From Nitrospirota bacterium (GTDB taxonomy: Bacteria > Nitrospirota > Nitrospiria > Nitrospirales > Nitrospiraceae), in assembly GCA_963701855.1 (NCBI GenBank), contig CAVPBK010000009.1, positions 448,001-512,000 on the forward strand: DNA of 64,000 nt. Direction: 5' to 3'. The notes under the pieces are model-generated. The model worked only from the letters and a program-made list of their open reading frames with translations, made no database searches and was not told where the DNA came from. Position numbers and translations under genes: made by a program. Below are positions 17,791 through 28,651 of this stretch, in pieces. Every line of letters begins with the position of its first letter. Position 1 is the first letter of the stretch.

Positions 17791-18975
17791 CTAGAACGCG
17801 CCGCTCACAATCTCCTGATAGTAGGATTCCAGTATGACCGCGCGGGCTGGTTCGACAATCACCAGCTGGCGTTGATCCAAGGTGTTGGCGCAATACAGAT
17901 AGACGCTCCCTTCTGCCAAACCGAGTTCGACGTGCAGCTGACGGCCGTCTGATTCCTGGCGCGTGGTCTCTTTGAGGAGGTGCTTATCGTGCAACTGTTC
18001 CCATGCGCGCTGTGCGGAAGGCCAATGGTTCTCATAGAGCGGCGCGGCAGGATCGGTTGAACCGGTCTTCAGCTGAGATCGATCGAATGGACGGCCTTCG
18101 TCTGGCTCTGGCAATTCATCCCAGACAATCTGACGCAAGGCTCCCCTCCCCAACACATAGAACGGTCCATCGTCGGCAATTTCTTCGATGATACGATATC
18201 GAACCAATTTCGGCTGCTCGATCAGGCCAAGATCCCGTGCAGCCAAGGCCCGCTGTAATGGAACTCGTCTAGCCAACTGACGGGTCTTCTCAAACACGAT
18301 CATGCGACCCGTCTGGACCAAAGATGCGCTAAGCCGATCCAGCCGCATACTGATGCCAGTTCGCCGCTCAAAGTCCGCTTGCTGTTGACTCTCTCCTGCA
18401 CGGTCAAAAGTTCTCCAACTGCGACTGGGAATGCCCGAGTCCTGTTCAGCTTGCACGAGGGCATGCGTGGAAAGGATCAGATCATAGGAGCGAGTGGGCG
18501 CCGTGTGATCGAGATCGAGACATTCGAACCGTACGTTGGTCAGGCCAAGCGCCTTCGATTGTTCTTGCGCTCGCACAATCGAGTCTGGTGAGCGATCGAT
18601 CCCGACGAAGGTCTTGTCGGTATACTGCCTCGCATAAAATGTCGTAAGGATGCCGACCCCACAGCCCACATCCAGTATGGACCGGGCTTCACCGATGCAA
18701 TCTGCTACACGCGCGCCGATAGCCAGATAATAGTCGTACTGTTGGCTATAGAGTACCGGCAGGATGTTCGAAGGTGTGGTGGCATTGTAGAACGCGACTT
18801 CGTCGGCAGAGGATCCGCCACGCTTCTGCTCCACCTGCCGATGCAATGCTGTGATCTCGGCCGGCGAGAGGATCTCCCTCTGCCACTGGAAATAGGCCTC
18901 GTCAGACGTGAACTGCCTGAGGCCCCACCAGGCCAAGTGCGAATGGAATGATTGCACCAGTGAGTCGCTGGTCAT
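17791..18975 (-). CDS. Class I SAM-dependent methyltransferase with C-terminal extension
   Basis: ILDVGCGVG motif I and GIDRS; the longer ORF start runs into a repeat. Confidence 0.85.
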   Translation of the reverse strand: MTSDSLVQSFHSHLAWWGLRQFTSDEAYFQWQREILSPAEITALHRQVEQKRGGSSADEVAFYNATTPSNILPVLYSQQYDYYLAIGARVADCIGEARSILDVGCGVGILTTFYARQYTDKTFVGIDRSPDSIVRAQEQSKALGLTNVRFECLDLDHTAPTRSYDLILSTHALVQAEQDSGIPSRSWRTFDRAGESQQQADFERRTGISMRLDRLSASLVQTGRMIVFEKTRQLARRVPLQRALAARDLGLIEQPKLVRYRIIEEIADDGPFYVLGRGALRQIVWDELPEPDEGRPFDRSQLKTGSTDPAAPLYENHWPSAQRAWEQLHDKHLLKETTRQESDGRQLHVELGLAEGSVYLYCANTLDQRQLVIVEPARAVILESYYQEIVSGAF

Positions 18976-18993
18976 TGATGAAGACTTGGCACA

Positions 18994-19096
18994 CCTGCCA
19001 AAAACGTTTTCCAGCAAGGCCACAAGGCGTGCGCAGTACGGGTACGTCCGGTGATTCAAGCGACTGAAAACGAAGCATGAGAGCGTTTTCAGCAGG
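18994..19096. repeat. Divergent family-A MITE-like repeat
   Basis: IRs CCTGCCAAAAACG / CGTTTTCAGCAGG; internal cagcaaggcc. Confidence 0.65.
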
Positions 19097-19099
19097 CGA

Positions 19100-20464
19100 C
19101 TACGGTCTTTTCATCATGATCGCGTCAAAGTACGCCTCCGGCACTGGATGCGGATAGCGCAGCTGTCCCGACCCGAAGCCAACATACTTTTCACAGGTTA
19201 ATTGCTCAAGGCCGATCGGGCCTTTGGCATGGAGCCGCGAGCCGCTCAGCCCAATATCGGCGCCCATTCCATAACTGTCACCGGAATTGAGCCGGGACGA
19301 CGCATTGACGAACACCGCGCTCGCATCCACTTCGCGGGTGAACCTCAAGGCTGACTCATAGCTCGTGGTCGCAATGACGGCGGTGAGACAGGGGCCATGC
19401 GCCACGATGTGTGCTAAGGCCTCATCTATGTTCGCGACCATTTTGACGGCCAACACGGCCCCCTGAAATTGGGTGGACCAATCCTCCTCCTTGGCCGGAA
19501 TGATCGAGGCATGACCGGTCATCGCCATTTGTCCCATGAGGGCCATAGTTTTGGGACAGGCCCGCACTTCGATCTTGAACTCTTCGAGCATACGGTTGAC
19601 CAACGGAGGCAAAAACTGCCGCCCGATCACCTGTTCTACGAGCAGTGTATCAAGCGAGTTCGATGCCATGGCCTTCTGCACCTTGGAATTGATCGCCACG
19701 TTCTGCGCCATCGGCATATCGGTGTCGGCATCCACGTACATATGCGTGAGTCCCCCGTCATAACACAGCACCGGCATCTTCGCCTGCTCGATGACGGCTT
19801 TCCGGAGACCGGACCCGCCACGCGGGATAACCGCGTCGAGACTTTTTCCCGCACGAATCAACTCAACCGCCACCTCTTTTTCAGGACGTTCAACGATGAC
19901 CCATGCCCCGGACGGCACTCCATTCTGTTCCGCGGCTTCGCGCAATCCTGTTCCAATAGCTTGCTGTGTCAGGCCCCACTCCGGCGCACCACGAAAGACA
20001 CACAGGTTACCCGACTTGAAACAGAGCGCGATCGACTCCACCGTAACGAGTGGGCCCAGTTCTGACACGACGCCGATTACCCCGATCGGGACACGGACAC
20101 GGCTGACTTGCAATCCGTCAGGACGTTCCCGTCGTGAGGTGACTGCGCCGACCGGATCTGGCAGATCCGCAATCATATGAAGTCGATCGACCATCTCCTT
20201 GATATCGTCTGCAGTCATGCGCAGGCGGGCCACGGCGGCTTTCATCCGGTCCTTCATGACATCAGCTTCGAAGGATTTCCCAACTGCATCCACATCCTTC
20301 TCGTTCGCCGCCAGAATTGTTTCTTCGTCAGCCGCTAATCGATCCGCCATCGCCCGCAAGGCTTTCTCTTTAACAGGACCAGATAACAGTGCGAGTGTAC
20401 GAGCTATGCTGGGACAATCTTTCAATAACTTATCAATGTAGAGCTTGACTGGAACTTCAGGCAT
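19100..20464 (-). CDS. ProA-like (gamma-glutamyl phosphate reductase) protein, catalytic Cys replaced by Ser
   Basis: LPDPVG, RVPIGVIG, KSGN, IPRGG, VNAS and LHAKGPIGLE motifs, but ASNSLDTLLV in place of VCNAxETLLV. Confidence 0.85.
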   Translation of the reverse strand: MPEVPVKLYIDKLLKDCPSIARTLALLSGPVKEKALRAMADRLAADEETILAANEKDVDAVGKSFEADVMKDRMKAAVARLRMTADDIKEMVDRLHMIADLPDPVGAVTSRRERPDGLQVSRVRVPIGVIGVVSELGPLVTVESIALCFKSGNLCVFRGAPEWGLTQQAIGTGLREAAEQNGVPSGAWVIVERPEKEVAVELIRAGKSLDAVIPRGGSGLRKAVIEQAKMPVLCYDGGLTHMYVDADTDMPMAQNVAINSKVQKAMASNSLDTLLVEQVIGRQFLPPLVNRMLEEFKIEVRACPKTMALMGQMAMTGHASIIPAKEEDWSTQFQGAVLAVKMVANIDEALAHIVAHGPCLTAVIATTSYESALRFTREVDASAVFVNASSRLNSGDSYGMGADIGLSGSRLHAKGPIGLEQLTCEKYVGFGSGQLRYPHPVPEAYFDAIMMKRP

Positions 20465-20735
20465 CTTCAACCTCATGAAACGTCAAACGCAAAATGTGAT
20501 TTCACACAGTGACTGCAGCATAATGAGCAGGGACTATAGCATGCGATTTTTTCGCAGGTAAAGCAGGAGGAGGGTACCTTGCCGGGCTAAGACCAATCCC
20601 TCCCATCCCCTGAGTTGCGCCAACGAGCCAGAACCCGTTACTACGTGCCATGCAGTGACCACCATTCCCAACCAAAAAGAAAATTTGCTAGAATGCGCCG
20701 GACGAAGAGACTTGTAGCCTACTCACGGATATTTA

Positions 20736-21767
20736 ATGATCGACCTACGCAGCGATACGGTCACGAAACCCTCTGAGGCCATGCGAAAAGCGATGGCACG
20801 CGCCGAAGTGGGAGACGATGTGTACGGTGAAGACCCCACCGTGAATCGCCTCCAAGAGATGGTGGCCACGATGTTCGGGAAAAAGGCTTCTCTCTTTGTG
20901 CCCTCCGGCACCATGGGTAATCAACTCGCCATTCGCCTCCACACACAACCGGGACAAGAAGTGATCGTCGAAAGCACGGCGCATATCGTCCGATATGAAC
21001 AAGGCGCCGCCGGTGCGCTGGCTGGTGTACAACTTCATTGGATCACGGGGAATCGAGGCCTCATTTCCCCTGAGCAGGTTGAGGCGGCAATCCGTCCCAA
21101 AGAGCCGAACACGGTTCAAACTGGACTGATCTGTCTGGAAAACACCCATAATAGCGGCGGCGGAACGATTTATCCGCTGGCGACGATTGAACGGATACGC
21201 GCTGTGGCTGTCACCCATAGCATCCCGATGCATTTGGACGGCGCACGACTATTCAACGCCATTGCTGCCACCACCCTACCGCCTGCCTCCTATGCTCAAC
21301 ACTTTGATACCCTGTCGGTTTGTCTCTCGAAAGGACTGGGGGCGCCAGCCGGTTCGCTCCTGATGATGAATGATCTGACCCTCCTCGACAAGGCCAAGCG
21401 GGTGCGCCGAATGTATGGTGGCGCCATGCGGCAGTCCGGCATCCTCGCCGCCGCCGGCATCTATGCGCTTGAACATCATATTGGACGATTGAAAGTGGAC
21501 CATGATCATGCCAAGCGGCTGGCGAAACAGCTGCAACAAATCCCAACGGTCAGGATTAACCCGCAAGATGTCGACACGAATATCGTCATCTTCGAGGTGA
21601 TCGGCCACCGTCTAGCTCCCCCAGCGATCGTCGCCGCCTTGAAACAGGAGGGACTCTTGATCAATGCCATCGGCGGCAATAGCTTTCGTGCCGTCACCCA
21701 TTTGGATATCTCCAGTGCCATGGCCGAGGAAGCCGGCGAAATCTTTACCCGCGTGCTGATGAACTAG
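20736..21767 (+). CDS. ltaE: Low-specificity L-threonine aldolase
   Basis: [29 protein letters not shown] and CLSKGLGAP (PLP Lys). Confidence 0.95.
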   Translation: MIDLRSDTVTKPSEAMRKAMARAEVGDDVYGEDPTVNRLQEMVATMFGKKASLFVPSGTMGNQLAIRLHTQPGQEVIVESTAHIVRYEQGAAGALAGVQLHWITGNRGLISPEQVEAAIRPKEPNTVQTGLICLENTHNSGGGTIYPLATIERIRAVAVTHSIPMHLDGARLFNAIAATTLPPASYAQHFDTLSVCLSKGLGAPAGSLLMMNDLTLLDKAKRVRRMYGGAMRQSGILAAAGIYALEHHIGRLKVDHDHAKRLAKQLQQIPTVRINPQDVDTNIVIFEVIGHRLAPPAIVAALKQEGLLINAIGGNSFRAVTHLDISSAMAEEAGEIFTRVLMN

Positions 21768-21849
21768 TCCGCATGAATCATGCGGGCTAGACGACTGCGC
21801 ATTGACACTTCTCGCACTCAAATCTAGAATGCCTCACAAAGGAGTATCG

Positions 21850-22077
21850 ATGCCACTAGAAGTTGTCTCATTCAAACACATCAGCCGGATCCTTGAGGTC
21901 ACCGACTCGCTCGGTCTGAACCGCGAGTGGGTCGAAATCCCGTTGTCTCCAGAAAGCCCAGGTGGCGTTAGACGGTTGACCAACGGCAAGCTGGAAATCA
22001 TCGTCGATGCAGACAAACCGTTCGAAGATTGGCTGGGATTGCTCCCGAAACACATTCAGCTCGCACAGGAAGCCTGA
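21850..22077 (+). CDS. Small conserved hypothetical protein
   Basis: AAGGAG RBS; 75 aa. Confidence 0.7.
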   Translation: MPLEVVSFKHISRILEVTDSLGLNREWVEIPLSPESPGGVRRLTNGKLEIIVDADKPFEDWLGLLPKHIQLAQEA

Positions 22078-22079
22078 AC

Positions 22080-22865
22080 ATGGATAGTCCCACCACCCAC
22101 CCTATCCCCACATCAGAAGAATTGAAGGCAGAACTCCTGGCGATGCCGGAGCCGCCTGAACAGCCGGACCCGATCGACGAGCCGGGATTTGAAGAACTCG
22201 TCGAGGTGGCCTTGCGCCACGTCCGTGGCCGCCGTGGGGGCGATCTCGTCAGCGTGATCCTCGTGGGGTCCAGCGTTCGGCGCGCCATCACTACTCACAG
22301 CGACATCGATCTCATTGCGCTCGTGAAAGGATTGGCCGATGGCCACGAGATCATTCGTGTTGCCGATCGTCTAGCCGACATCCGCTATCGTGGGCATCAA
22401 GAACTTGAGGAGGATCTCCCCCATTCACCACGCCTCCCATCTCTCTTACGGAAAGCCCGCATCCTTTTCGATCACGAGAACATCGGCGCCAAGCTTATTG
22501 AACGAGCCAACCAACGGTTCCGACAAGGACCGCCTCCTGTCAGTATTAATGAACAGATTCGGATGAAGGCGGATTGTTTCCATTGGCTGGGAAAAGCCCG
22601 GGATCTGGCCGACAAGCCGGCGACCGCGCAGTATCTACTCTCGATATTTTTCGACGACGCCATCAGCGCGTTCTTCCGGCTACGGGGCTTCTGGCTGACC
22701 GCGCCGGGTGACGTACCAAAGTTCATCGCCTCCCGCGATGCGGGGCTGGGTGACCTGGCTGCGCGGTTCCTGATTGCGGCTTCTTTGCCGGAACGGCTCA
22801 ACTTAGGCCGCGATCTGGCCGATACTCTCTTTAAGGACGTACCAAATCCTGCCAGAATTGACTGA
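22080..22865 (+). CDS. Nucleotidyltransferase-domain (Pol-beta superfamily) protein
   Basis: ILVGSSVR...SDIDL motif followed by a helical C-terminal domain. Confidence 0.8.
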   Translation: MDSPTTHPIPTSEELKAELLAMPEPPEQPDPIDEPGFEELVEVALRHVRGRRGGDLVSVILVGSSVRRAITTHSDIDLIALVKGLADGHEIIRVADRLADIRYRGHQELEEDLPHSPRLPSLLRKARILFDHENIGAKLIERANQRFRQGPPPVSINEQIRMKADCFHWLGKARDLADKPATAQYLLSIFFDDAISAFFRLRGFWLTAPGDVPKFIASRDAGLGDLAARFLIAASLPERLNLGRDLADTLFKDVPNPARID

Positions 22866-23012
22866 CAGGACTTCCGGATCGATTTTTAGACTGCTGCCGT
22901 ATGAGACTTACCAGCCTTTCATTCTCGCAGGGCTGAACAGAGGACAAGCTCAGTCTAAGAATCATGATCCGTGCGATGCCATTCAGTCATGACCGTACCG
23001 GAAGGAGTCGCT

Positions 23013-23906
23013 ATGGAAATCGGATTCGTCGGGCTTGGGAAGATGGGCATGAACATGGTCACCAGGTTACAGCGTGACCGGCATCGAGTTGTCGTCTACG
23101 ACCGTTCGGCAGATCTGATCAAGCAGGCCGAAGGCGTTGGTTGTGTCGGAGCATCCTCATTAGCGAACCTCGTCGGCCACCTTAAAGTCCCGCGCGCGGT
23201 CTGGGTCATGGTCCCATCCGGGGCGCCGACTGAGGAGACCGTTCAAACCATCGCGACATTACTCCAACCGGGCGACACAGTAATCGACGGTGGTAACACC
23301 AGATATCACGACGATGTTCGGCGGGCTGTGGACCTCAAGAAAAAACAGCTTCACTATGTCGATGCCGGAACCAGCGGAGGCATCTGGGGATTAAAGATCG
23401 GGTACTGTCTGATGGTCGGTGGCGACGAAGCGCCGGTGAAACAACTTGCGCCGATCTTCACCACGCTGGCACCGGAGCATGGCTGGGCTCACGTCGGTGG
23501 AGTCGGCGCCGGGCATTACGTGAAAATGGTGCATAATGGAATCGAGTACAGCATGATGCAGGGGTATGCCGAGGGCTTCGAGCTGATGGCGAAAAGCGAT
23601 TACAAGCTCAACCTCGCCAACATCGCAAACCTCTGGATGCACGGTAGCGTCGTCCGATCCTGGCTCTTGGAGTTGGCGGCCGGCGCCTTGAAAGAAGATC
23701 CACGGCTGGAACAGTTGAAAGGCTACGTGCAGGATTCTGGCGAGGGTCGCTGGATGATCGCCGATGCCATCGAGAAGGATGTACCGGTCCCGACACTCGC
23801 AACAGCACTATTCACTCGATTCCGATCGCGACAAAGCGAGTCCTTTGCTGAAAAGATGCTGGCGGCATTGCGGAATGCCTTCGGCGGCCATGCGGTCCGC
23901 CGATAA
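23013..23906 (+). CDS. gnd: 6-phosphogluconate dehydrogenase, decarboxylating (short form)
   Basis: GLGKMG, IDGGN, SGG, GHYVKMVHNGIEY and LRNAFGGH. Confidence 0.95.
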   Translation: MEIGFVGLGKMGMNMVTRLQRDRHRVVVYDRSADLIKQAEGVGCVGASSLANLVGHLKVPRAVWVMVPSGAPTEETVQTIATLLQPGDTVIDGGNTRYHDDVRRAVDLKKKQLHYVDAGTSGGIWGLKIGYCLMVGGDEAPVKQLAPIFTTLAPEHGWAHVGGVGAGHYVKMVHNGIEYSMMQGYAEGFELMAKSDYKLNLANIANLWMHGSVVRSWLLELAAGALKEDPRLEQLKGYVQDSGEGRWMIADAIEKDVPVPTLATALFTRFRSRQSESFAEKMLAALRNAFGGHAVRR

Positions 23907-23907
23907 T

Positions 23908-24028
23908 AGGATGCTCAAAACGTCTGCCCGCGTCGTTCTCGCTTCGCTCAGAGGGTCAACGTACAGAAGCGTACGTCTCGCCTCTTCGCTCGCTGCGGCG
24001 TTGCTGGACGGCCATTTTGAACATCCTG
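23908..24028. repeat. Family-A MITE-like repeat, inverted orientation
   Basis: AGGATGCTCAAAA...TTTTGAACATCCT; the interior is a reverse complement of the 3148 copy. Confidence 0.8.
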
Positions 24029-24120
24029 AAAATTTTCAGGCACCAGCGGAAAAATGAGAATTCCAACAGTCTTTCGTGTATCAATCGAGTTTTCCCGCAG
24101 CCTGATAACGTCGGAGCCCT

Positions 24121-25665
24121 ATGCCACCGAATAGCCCACGTATCGATATCAGTCCCTCACAGGAAACGATTCCCCCAGTCGATCCCTGTACCCTTGTCAT
24201 CTTTGGAGGTTCCGGCGATCTGGCGCGTCGGCGTCTGATTCCCGCCCTCTACAACTTGCTCCTCGACGGACTCCTTCCGCCGAACTATGCAGTGATCGGG
24301 CTGGGCCGCAAATCGATGACTGACGAGGAATTCCGTGCCACGCTTCGTGATGGCGTCGTGACACATTCCCGACAAGCCTTGGCAGAAGAGAAGTGGAAGG
24401 ATTTCGCGCAACGTCTTTTTTATCTATCGGGAGGAAATGATGACCCGAACACCTATGCCAGACTGAAGTCTCGAACAGTAGAAATTGAGCGGAATCTCCA
24501 ATTGCCCGGCAACCGGATTTTCTATCTGAGCATCCCTCCCAGTTCATTTGCGTCTGCGTGCGAAGGGCTTGAGCAAGCCGGATTAGCGACGAAGCCGGGG
24601 GCGCATACGCCCTATGCCCGCATCATCGTCGAGAAACCAGTCGGCCGCGATTTGGCTTCCGCCCAGGCTATCAACGGCGTGACAGGGCGCGTGTTCGACG
24701 AATCGCAGATCTTCCGCATCGATCACTATCTGGGAAAAGAAACCGTTCAGAATCTCATGGTCGTTCGATTCGCCAACAGCATCTTCGAGCCGATTTGGAA
24801 CCACAAATACATCGATCATGTGCAGATCACGGTAAGCGAAGCGGAAGGCGTCGGGAGCAGAGCCAGCTACTACGAAGAAGCCGGTGCGTTGCGCGACATG
24901 GTGCAGAACCACATGCTGCAGTTACTCTGCTTGGTGGCGATGGAGCCCCCCTACTCGCTCGATCCGGATGTGGTACGCAACGCGAAGATGGAAGTCCTCC
25001 GTTGCCTCAGGCCTATCACCGACCAAGATCTCGAGTCCGTCACCGTCCGTGCCCAATACAGTCAAGGCACAGCCCATGGCAAGTCTATCCCGGGCTATCG
25101 TCGCGAGAACGGGATTCATCCTGATTCAACGACGGAAACCTATGTCGCGCTCAAATGCTTTGTGGAAAACTGGCGATGGGACGGTGTACCCTTCTATCTG
25201 CGTACCGGGAAAGCCCTCCCCCATCGTGCCAGCGAGGTCGCAGTACAGTTTAAGGACATCCCTCACATCCTGTTCAATGCCAATGCACAGCAGCCCCAGC
25301 CACCAAATGTATTGGCACTACGCATCCAGCCGGAGGAAGGACTCTCTCTCCGCATCGTCTCGCGCGTGCCTGGCACGCGCGCACAGACACACCCGGTGGA
25401 AATGGACTTTCAATACAGCGACGTCTTCGGCCGCCCATCGCCCGAAGCCTATGAGCGGTTGCTCCTGGATGTGATGGCAGGCGATGCCTCCCGATTCATG
25501 CGTCGCGATGCCGTGGAAGCCTCCTGGGCCTGGATCACCAAGATTCTGGAAGGATGGCAGCGGCAAGGGTTGCGGTGGTTGCCTGAATACCAGGCAGGAT
25601 CCTGTGGGCCGGTCGAGGCAGATCGCCTCATTAAGAAGGATGGGCGGACCTGGCGGACCCTGTAG
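24121..25665 (+). CDS. zwf: Glucose-6-phosphate 1-dehydrogenase
   Basis: GGSGDLA, EKP, RIDHYLGKE and RDMVQNH. Confidence 0.97.
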   Translation: MPPNSPRIDISPSQETIPPVDPCTLVIFGGSGDLARRRLIPALYNLLLDGLLPPNYAVIGLGRKSMTDEEFRATLRDGVVTHSRQALAEEKWKDFAQRLFYLSGGNDDPNTYARLKSRTVEIERNLQLPGNRIFYLSIPPSSFASACEGLEQAGLATKPGAHTPYARIIVEKPVGRDLASAQAINGVTGRVFDESQIFRIDHYLGKETVQNLMVVRFANSIFEPIWNHKYIDHVQITVSEAEGVGSRASYYEEAGALRDMVQNHMLQLLCLVAMEPPYSLDPDVVRNAKMEVLRCLRPITDQDLESVTVRAQYSQGTAHGKSIPGYRRENGIHPDSTTETYVALKCFVENWRWDGVPFYLRTGKALPHRASEVAVQFKDIPHILFNANAQQPQPPNVLALRIQPEEGLSLRIVSRVPGTRAQTHPVEMDFQYSDVFGRPSPEAYERLLLDVMAGDASRFMRRDAVEASWAWITKILEGWQRQGLRWLPEYQAGSCGPVEADRLIKKDGRTWRTL

Positions 25666-25674
25666 CATCTCCTG

Positions 25675-25986
25675 TCATGTCAGTCGCAACTGCTTACGAA
25701 TCTCCTCGCTGGTTCCCAGCCCACCAATAAATCGCTCGAACACTCCCTTGCGATAGAGAGCCAACGCCGGCAACGAACGAACGTCTAGCTCCGCTGGAAT
25801 CTGGAAGTTCTCTTCGACATTCATTTTCACGATCAGAACCTTGCCGGTCACATCAAGCTCCAGTTTCTGAAGTTCCCGCATCAGCGCTCGGCAACTCCCA
25901 CACCCTGGTTTCCAGAACTCCACCAGCACCGGCACCCCTGCCTGTTCTACAACCCAGTCAAAGTCCCGATCAGTGATCTCACGCAC
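25675..25986 (-). CDS. Thioredoxin-family protein
   Basis: VLVEFWKPGCGSC CxxC motif; 103 aa. Confidence 0.85.
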   Translation of the reverse strand: MREITDRDFDWVVEQAGVPVLVEFWKPGCGSCRALMRELQKLELDVTGKVLIVKMNVEENFQIPAELDVRSLPALALYRKGVFERFIGGLGTSEEIRKQLRLT

Positions 25987-26001
25987 CGTGATCTCCTCTC
26001 G

Positions 26002-26640
26002 TCACGATCCTCCCGCCGACACCGCAGCAAATACCTCCTGATACAGCCGTTCAGCCATTAGCCGATACCCGGCTGTGGTCAGATGCAACCCGTCGTTGGA
26101 ATATCGTGCCGCAAGTTGTTGGGTTTTTGGTTCTGCCGTGGCGGCAAAGAGATCGAAGGCTGTCAACCGTTTCGATTCCGCGTAGCAAAGAATGAATCCG
26201 TTAAGCTCACGTCGCCGTTCAAGATGCTCTGCAAACCACCGGCGCTCCTCCTCACTGCGAAGATCGTCACCCACTCTGATCGACGGGACGGTCACCGGAA
26301 CAGGCTTGACCCCGGCCGCTACGGCCAGTTCATACATCTTGAGGAGATTACGAAATATGTCTGCCGGCGCAGCGTTCCACCCAAGATCGTTCGTTCCGCC
26401 GAGAATCACCACATACGTCGGGTGGTGTGTCAGTACAGTCGATTGAAACCGCATCGCCATTTCACCGGTTAGCTCACCGCAGATGCCGCTCACAGACACG
26501 CGCACGGCAGGCCCAGTCAGTTCTTGCAGGAACCGCCCATATGGCGTCTCAGTGCCTTGAGGATTGTCGACAGCGGGCGATTGAAACCCCGCTGTGAGGC
26601 TGTCTCCAAAACATACGATGTGGCTCTGGGCAATCGTCAT
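26002..26640 (-). CDS. SGNH/GDSL hydrolase
   Basis: FGDSLT, GGTND and DGLH. Confidence 0.9.
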   Translation of the reverse strand: MTIAQSHIVCFGDSLTAGFQSPAVDNPQGTETPYGRFLQELTGPAVRVSVSGICGELTGEMAMRFQSTVLTHHPTYVVILGGTNDLGWNAAPADIFRNLLKMYELAVAAGVKPVPVTVPSIRVGDDLRSEEERRWFAEHLERRRELNGFILCYAESKRLTAFDLFAATAEPKTQQLAARYSNDGLHLTTAGYRLMAERLYQEVFAAVSAGGS

Positions 26641-26797
26641 TTGAATCGGATTCTACCGACCTAGTCGGGAGGTTCACAATGCCCTCCTGTCCATGAATCA
26701 AGACTGAAGGAATCTCTCAGCAACGCCTCAGTGAGAAGCTGGTGAAGAGCGGCTATTTTCTTGACGATTCAGCACCTCCAGGGTACGACTAAGCATC

Positions 26798-28636
26798 ATG
26801 GACGAGCGCTTGACAGAAAGCGGCGCATGGCCGATCGCACCTGCAAAAGAGCCGCTTAATCCGGAACTGACCTCTGTCAAGCAAATCCTCGCGCTCTTGG
26901 ACAAGACCTCGAAGTCCAGGCGGACTTACGGGGCAACGAACCCTGTAGCACAGAAGTTCTTTCAAGAGTTATTCGAGGAACTCACAACTCACCTAGCCAC
27001 CTACTCCAAATTGGCATTTCTTGTTCAACGTTCCGAACTGTACTTCAACGGGGAAGTCGTCTGCCGATCCGAGCAAGGTTCGAATAATGAAAGTGTCGCA
27101 TTCAAACTCTATACAGATGGCATTCGAGAGCTCGCTTTTCTCGAAGGTCTTTCTACTGAAGACCTCTCCTTCTTGCTTGATTCGCTATGGGGCAGTCTCC
27201 ACCCCGACGAAGATGATGACGACATTGTGACTCGTTTATGGTCCAAGAACCTCTCTACCATCACCCTGGTCACCGCAGAAGAAATCGCCAAAGCCTCGGC
27301 CGGTGGAGATGTCTTTTCGCTGCCTGATGCCGGGATGATTGAGGCACCGGAATCAAGCTTGAGGGACCTTCTCGATCGGGAGCAAGCCCGTGCCAAAATG
27401 GGAGAGGGGTCAGGGATTGAGGGAGGAGGTGGCTCAGACACTGGTAATGGCGGGTCCCAATCCGGAGAGGCAACCGGAGGGGGAATCAGCAGACAGGCTA
27501 GCCGATTCAAGTCTGGTCACGCGGGCTACGAAGTCTCCGACAAGGAATTTGCTGAATTGGCGAAGGAGATCGAGGCTGAGAGCGCCAGAGATAACATAAC
27601 CTACCTATTGGATATGCTCACCGCGATCCTAGCGTCGGAAAAATCTCCTGCGGTCCTAACCAAATTGCTCGACCTCTGGGGAAGCGTCCTCGACTCATTG
27701 ACCGCCCAGGGCAAATGGACCGTGTTAGACACCGTACTTCAACTGTTACATGTCACCACTGAGATCAGACCGGATCTCAGCGATGATCACAAGAAACAAC
27801 TGGCGGCTCTGCTCGACAATCTTGGCAGACCTGAACGCATGAAGATGATCGAGACCTATTTGAACAAGATCCCCGACGCAGCGACAGAAGGATTGCCGGC
27901 AGTTCTGTTGTCGATGACGCCGTCAGCCGTCTCTGCCTTGTGCACCCTCTTAGGAAATCTGGAGACGCCGGCCCATCAGGCCATCGTGGCTGAAGCCCTC
28001 GAGACACTCGCGAAAGACCAACCAGATCACGTGCTTCGCGGTTTGTCCGACCGCCGCCCCCGCTATGTGAAAAACCTTCTCGCGATCCTTCTCAAATGGA
28101 ACAATCCCAGATTTGCAGACGCAGTTGAAAAGCTCGTGCGCTACCCGGACATTCAGGTACGGAAGGAAGTTGTGCGAGCGATCGGGATATTCCGTCCCAG
28201 CGGGAACGGGATGAAACTGATCGCATTTTTGAATGACACCGAGGAGTCGATCCGGTTTGCGGCACTTAAGCTGCTCATGACCGGTCAATATAAGGCTCCT
28301 TACTCCGCCTGGTCACCCCTTGTATCGACGGACACATTCATGGATCGAAGCCTCGGTGAAAAACGCGCAGTATTCCAAGCCATGCGCATCACCAGTCGTG
28401 ATGAGGGCATTCCTTTCTTCGAAAATTTGATCACGGAACGGTCCTGGACCAACCGGAAGAAAAAGGAGGAGCTCGCTGCCCTCGCCGCTGAGACATTGGG
28501 AAAATTGCCCACCCCTGCCGCCCTTACCACCCTTGAGCTGGGTCAGAAAAAAGGTGGCGCCGCCGTTAGACAAGCCTGCACCGCGGCCCTGGCCCTGGCC
28601 ATGCGGCAACAGCATCTCAAGCAGGCTGCATCATAG
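26798..28636 (+). CDS. HEAT-repeat protein
   Basis: Helical repeats such as YPDIQVRKEVVRAIG and DTEESIRFAAL; Gly-rich linker. Confidence 0.8.
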   Translation: MDERLTESGAWPIAPAKEPLNPELTSVKQILALLDKTSKSRRTYGATNPVAQKFFQELFEELTTHLATYSKLAFLVQRSELYFNGEVVCRSEQGSNNESVAFKLYTDGIRELAFLEGLSTEDLSFLLDSLWGSLHPDEDDDDIVTRLWSKNLSTITLVTAEEIAKASAGGDVFSLPDAGMIEAPESSLRDLLDREQARAKMGEGSGIEGGGGSDTGNGGSQSGEATGGGISRQASRFKSGHAGYEVSDKEFAELAKEIEAESARDNITYLLDMLTAILASEKSPAVLTKLLDLWGSVLDSLTAQGKWTVLDTVLQLLHVTTEIRPDLSDDHKKQLAALLDNLGRPERMKMIETYLNKIPDAATEGLPAVLLSMTPSAVSALCTLLGNLETPAHQAIVAEALETLAKDQPDHVLRGLSDRRPRYVKNLLAILLKWNNPRFADAVEKLVRYPDIQVRKEVVRAIGIFRPSGNGMKLIAFLNDTEESIRFAALKLLMTGQYKAPYSAWSPLVSTDTFMDRSLGEKRAVFQAMRITSRDEGIPFFENLITERSWTNRKKKEELAALAAETLGKLPTPAALTTLELGQKKGGAAVRQACTAALALAMRQQHLKQAAS

Positions 28637-28651
28637 TAAGGAGCCTTTGTC

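Noticed and set aside
21850..22865. MNT-HEPN toxin-antitoxin pair
   Set aside because: No RxxxxH HEPN motif was seen, and the genes sit in a housekeeping run between ltaE and gnd.
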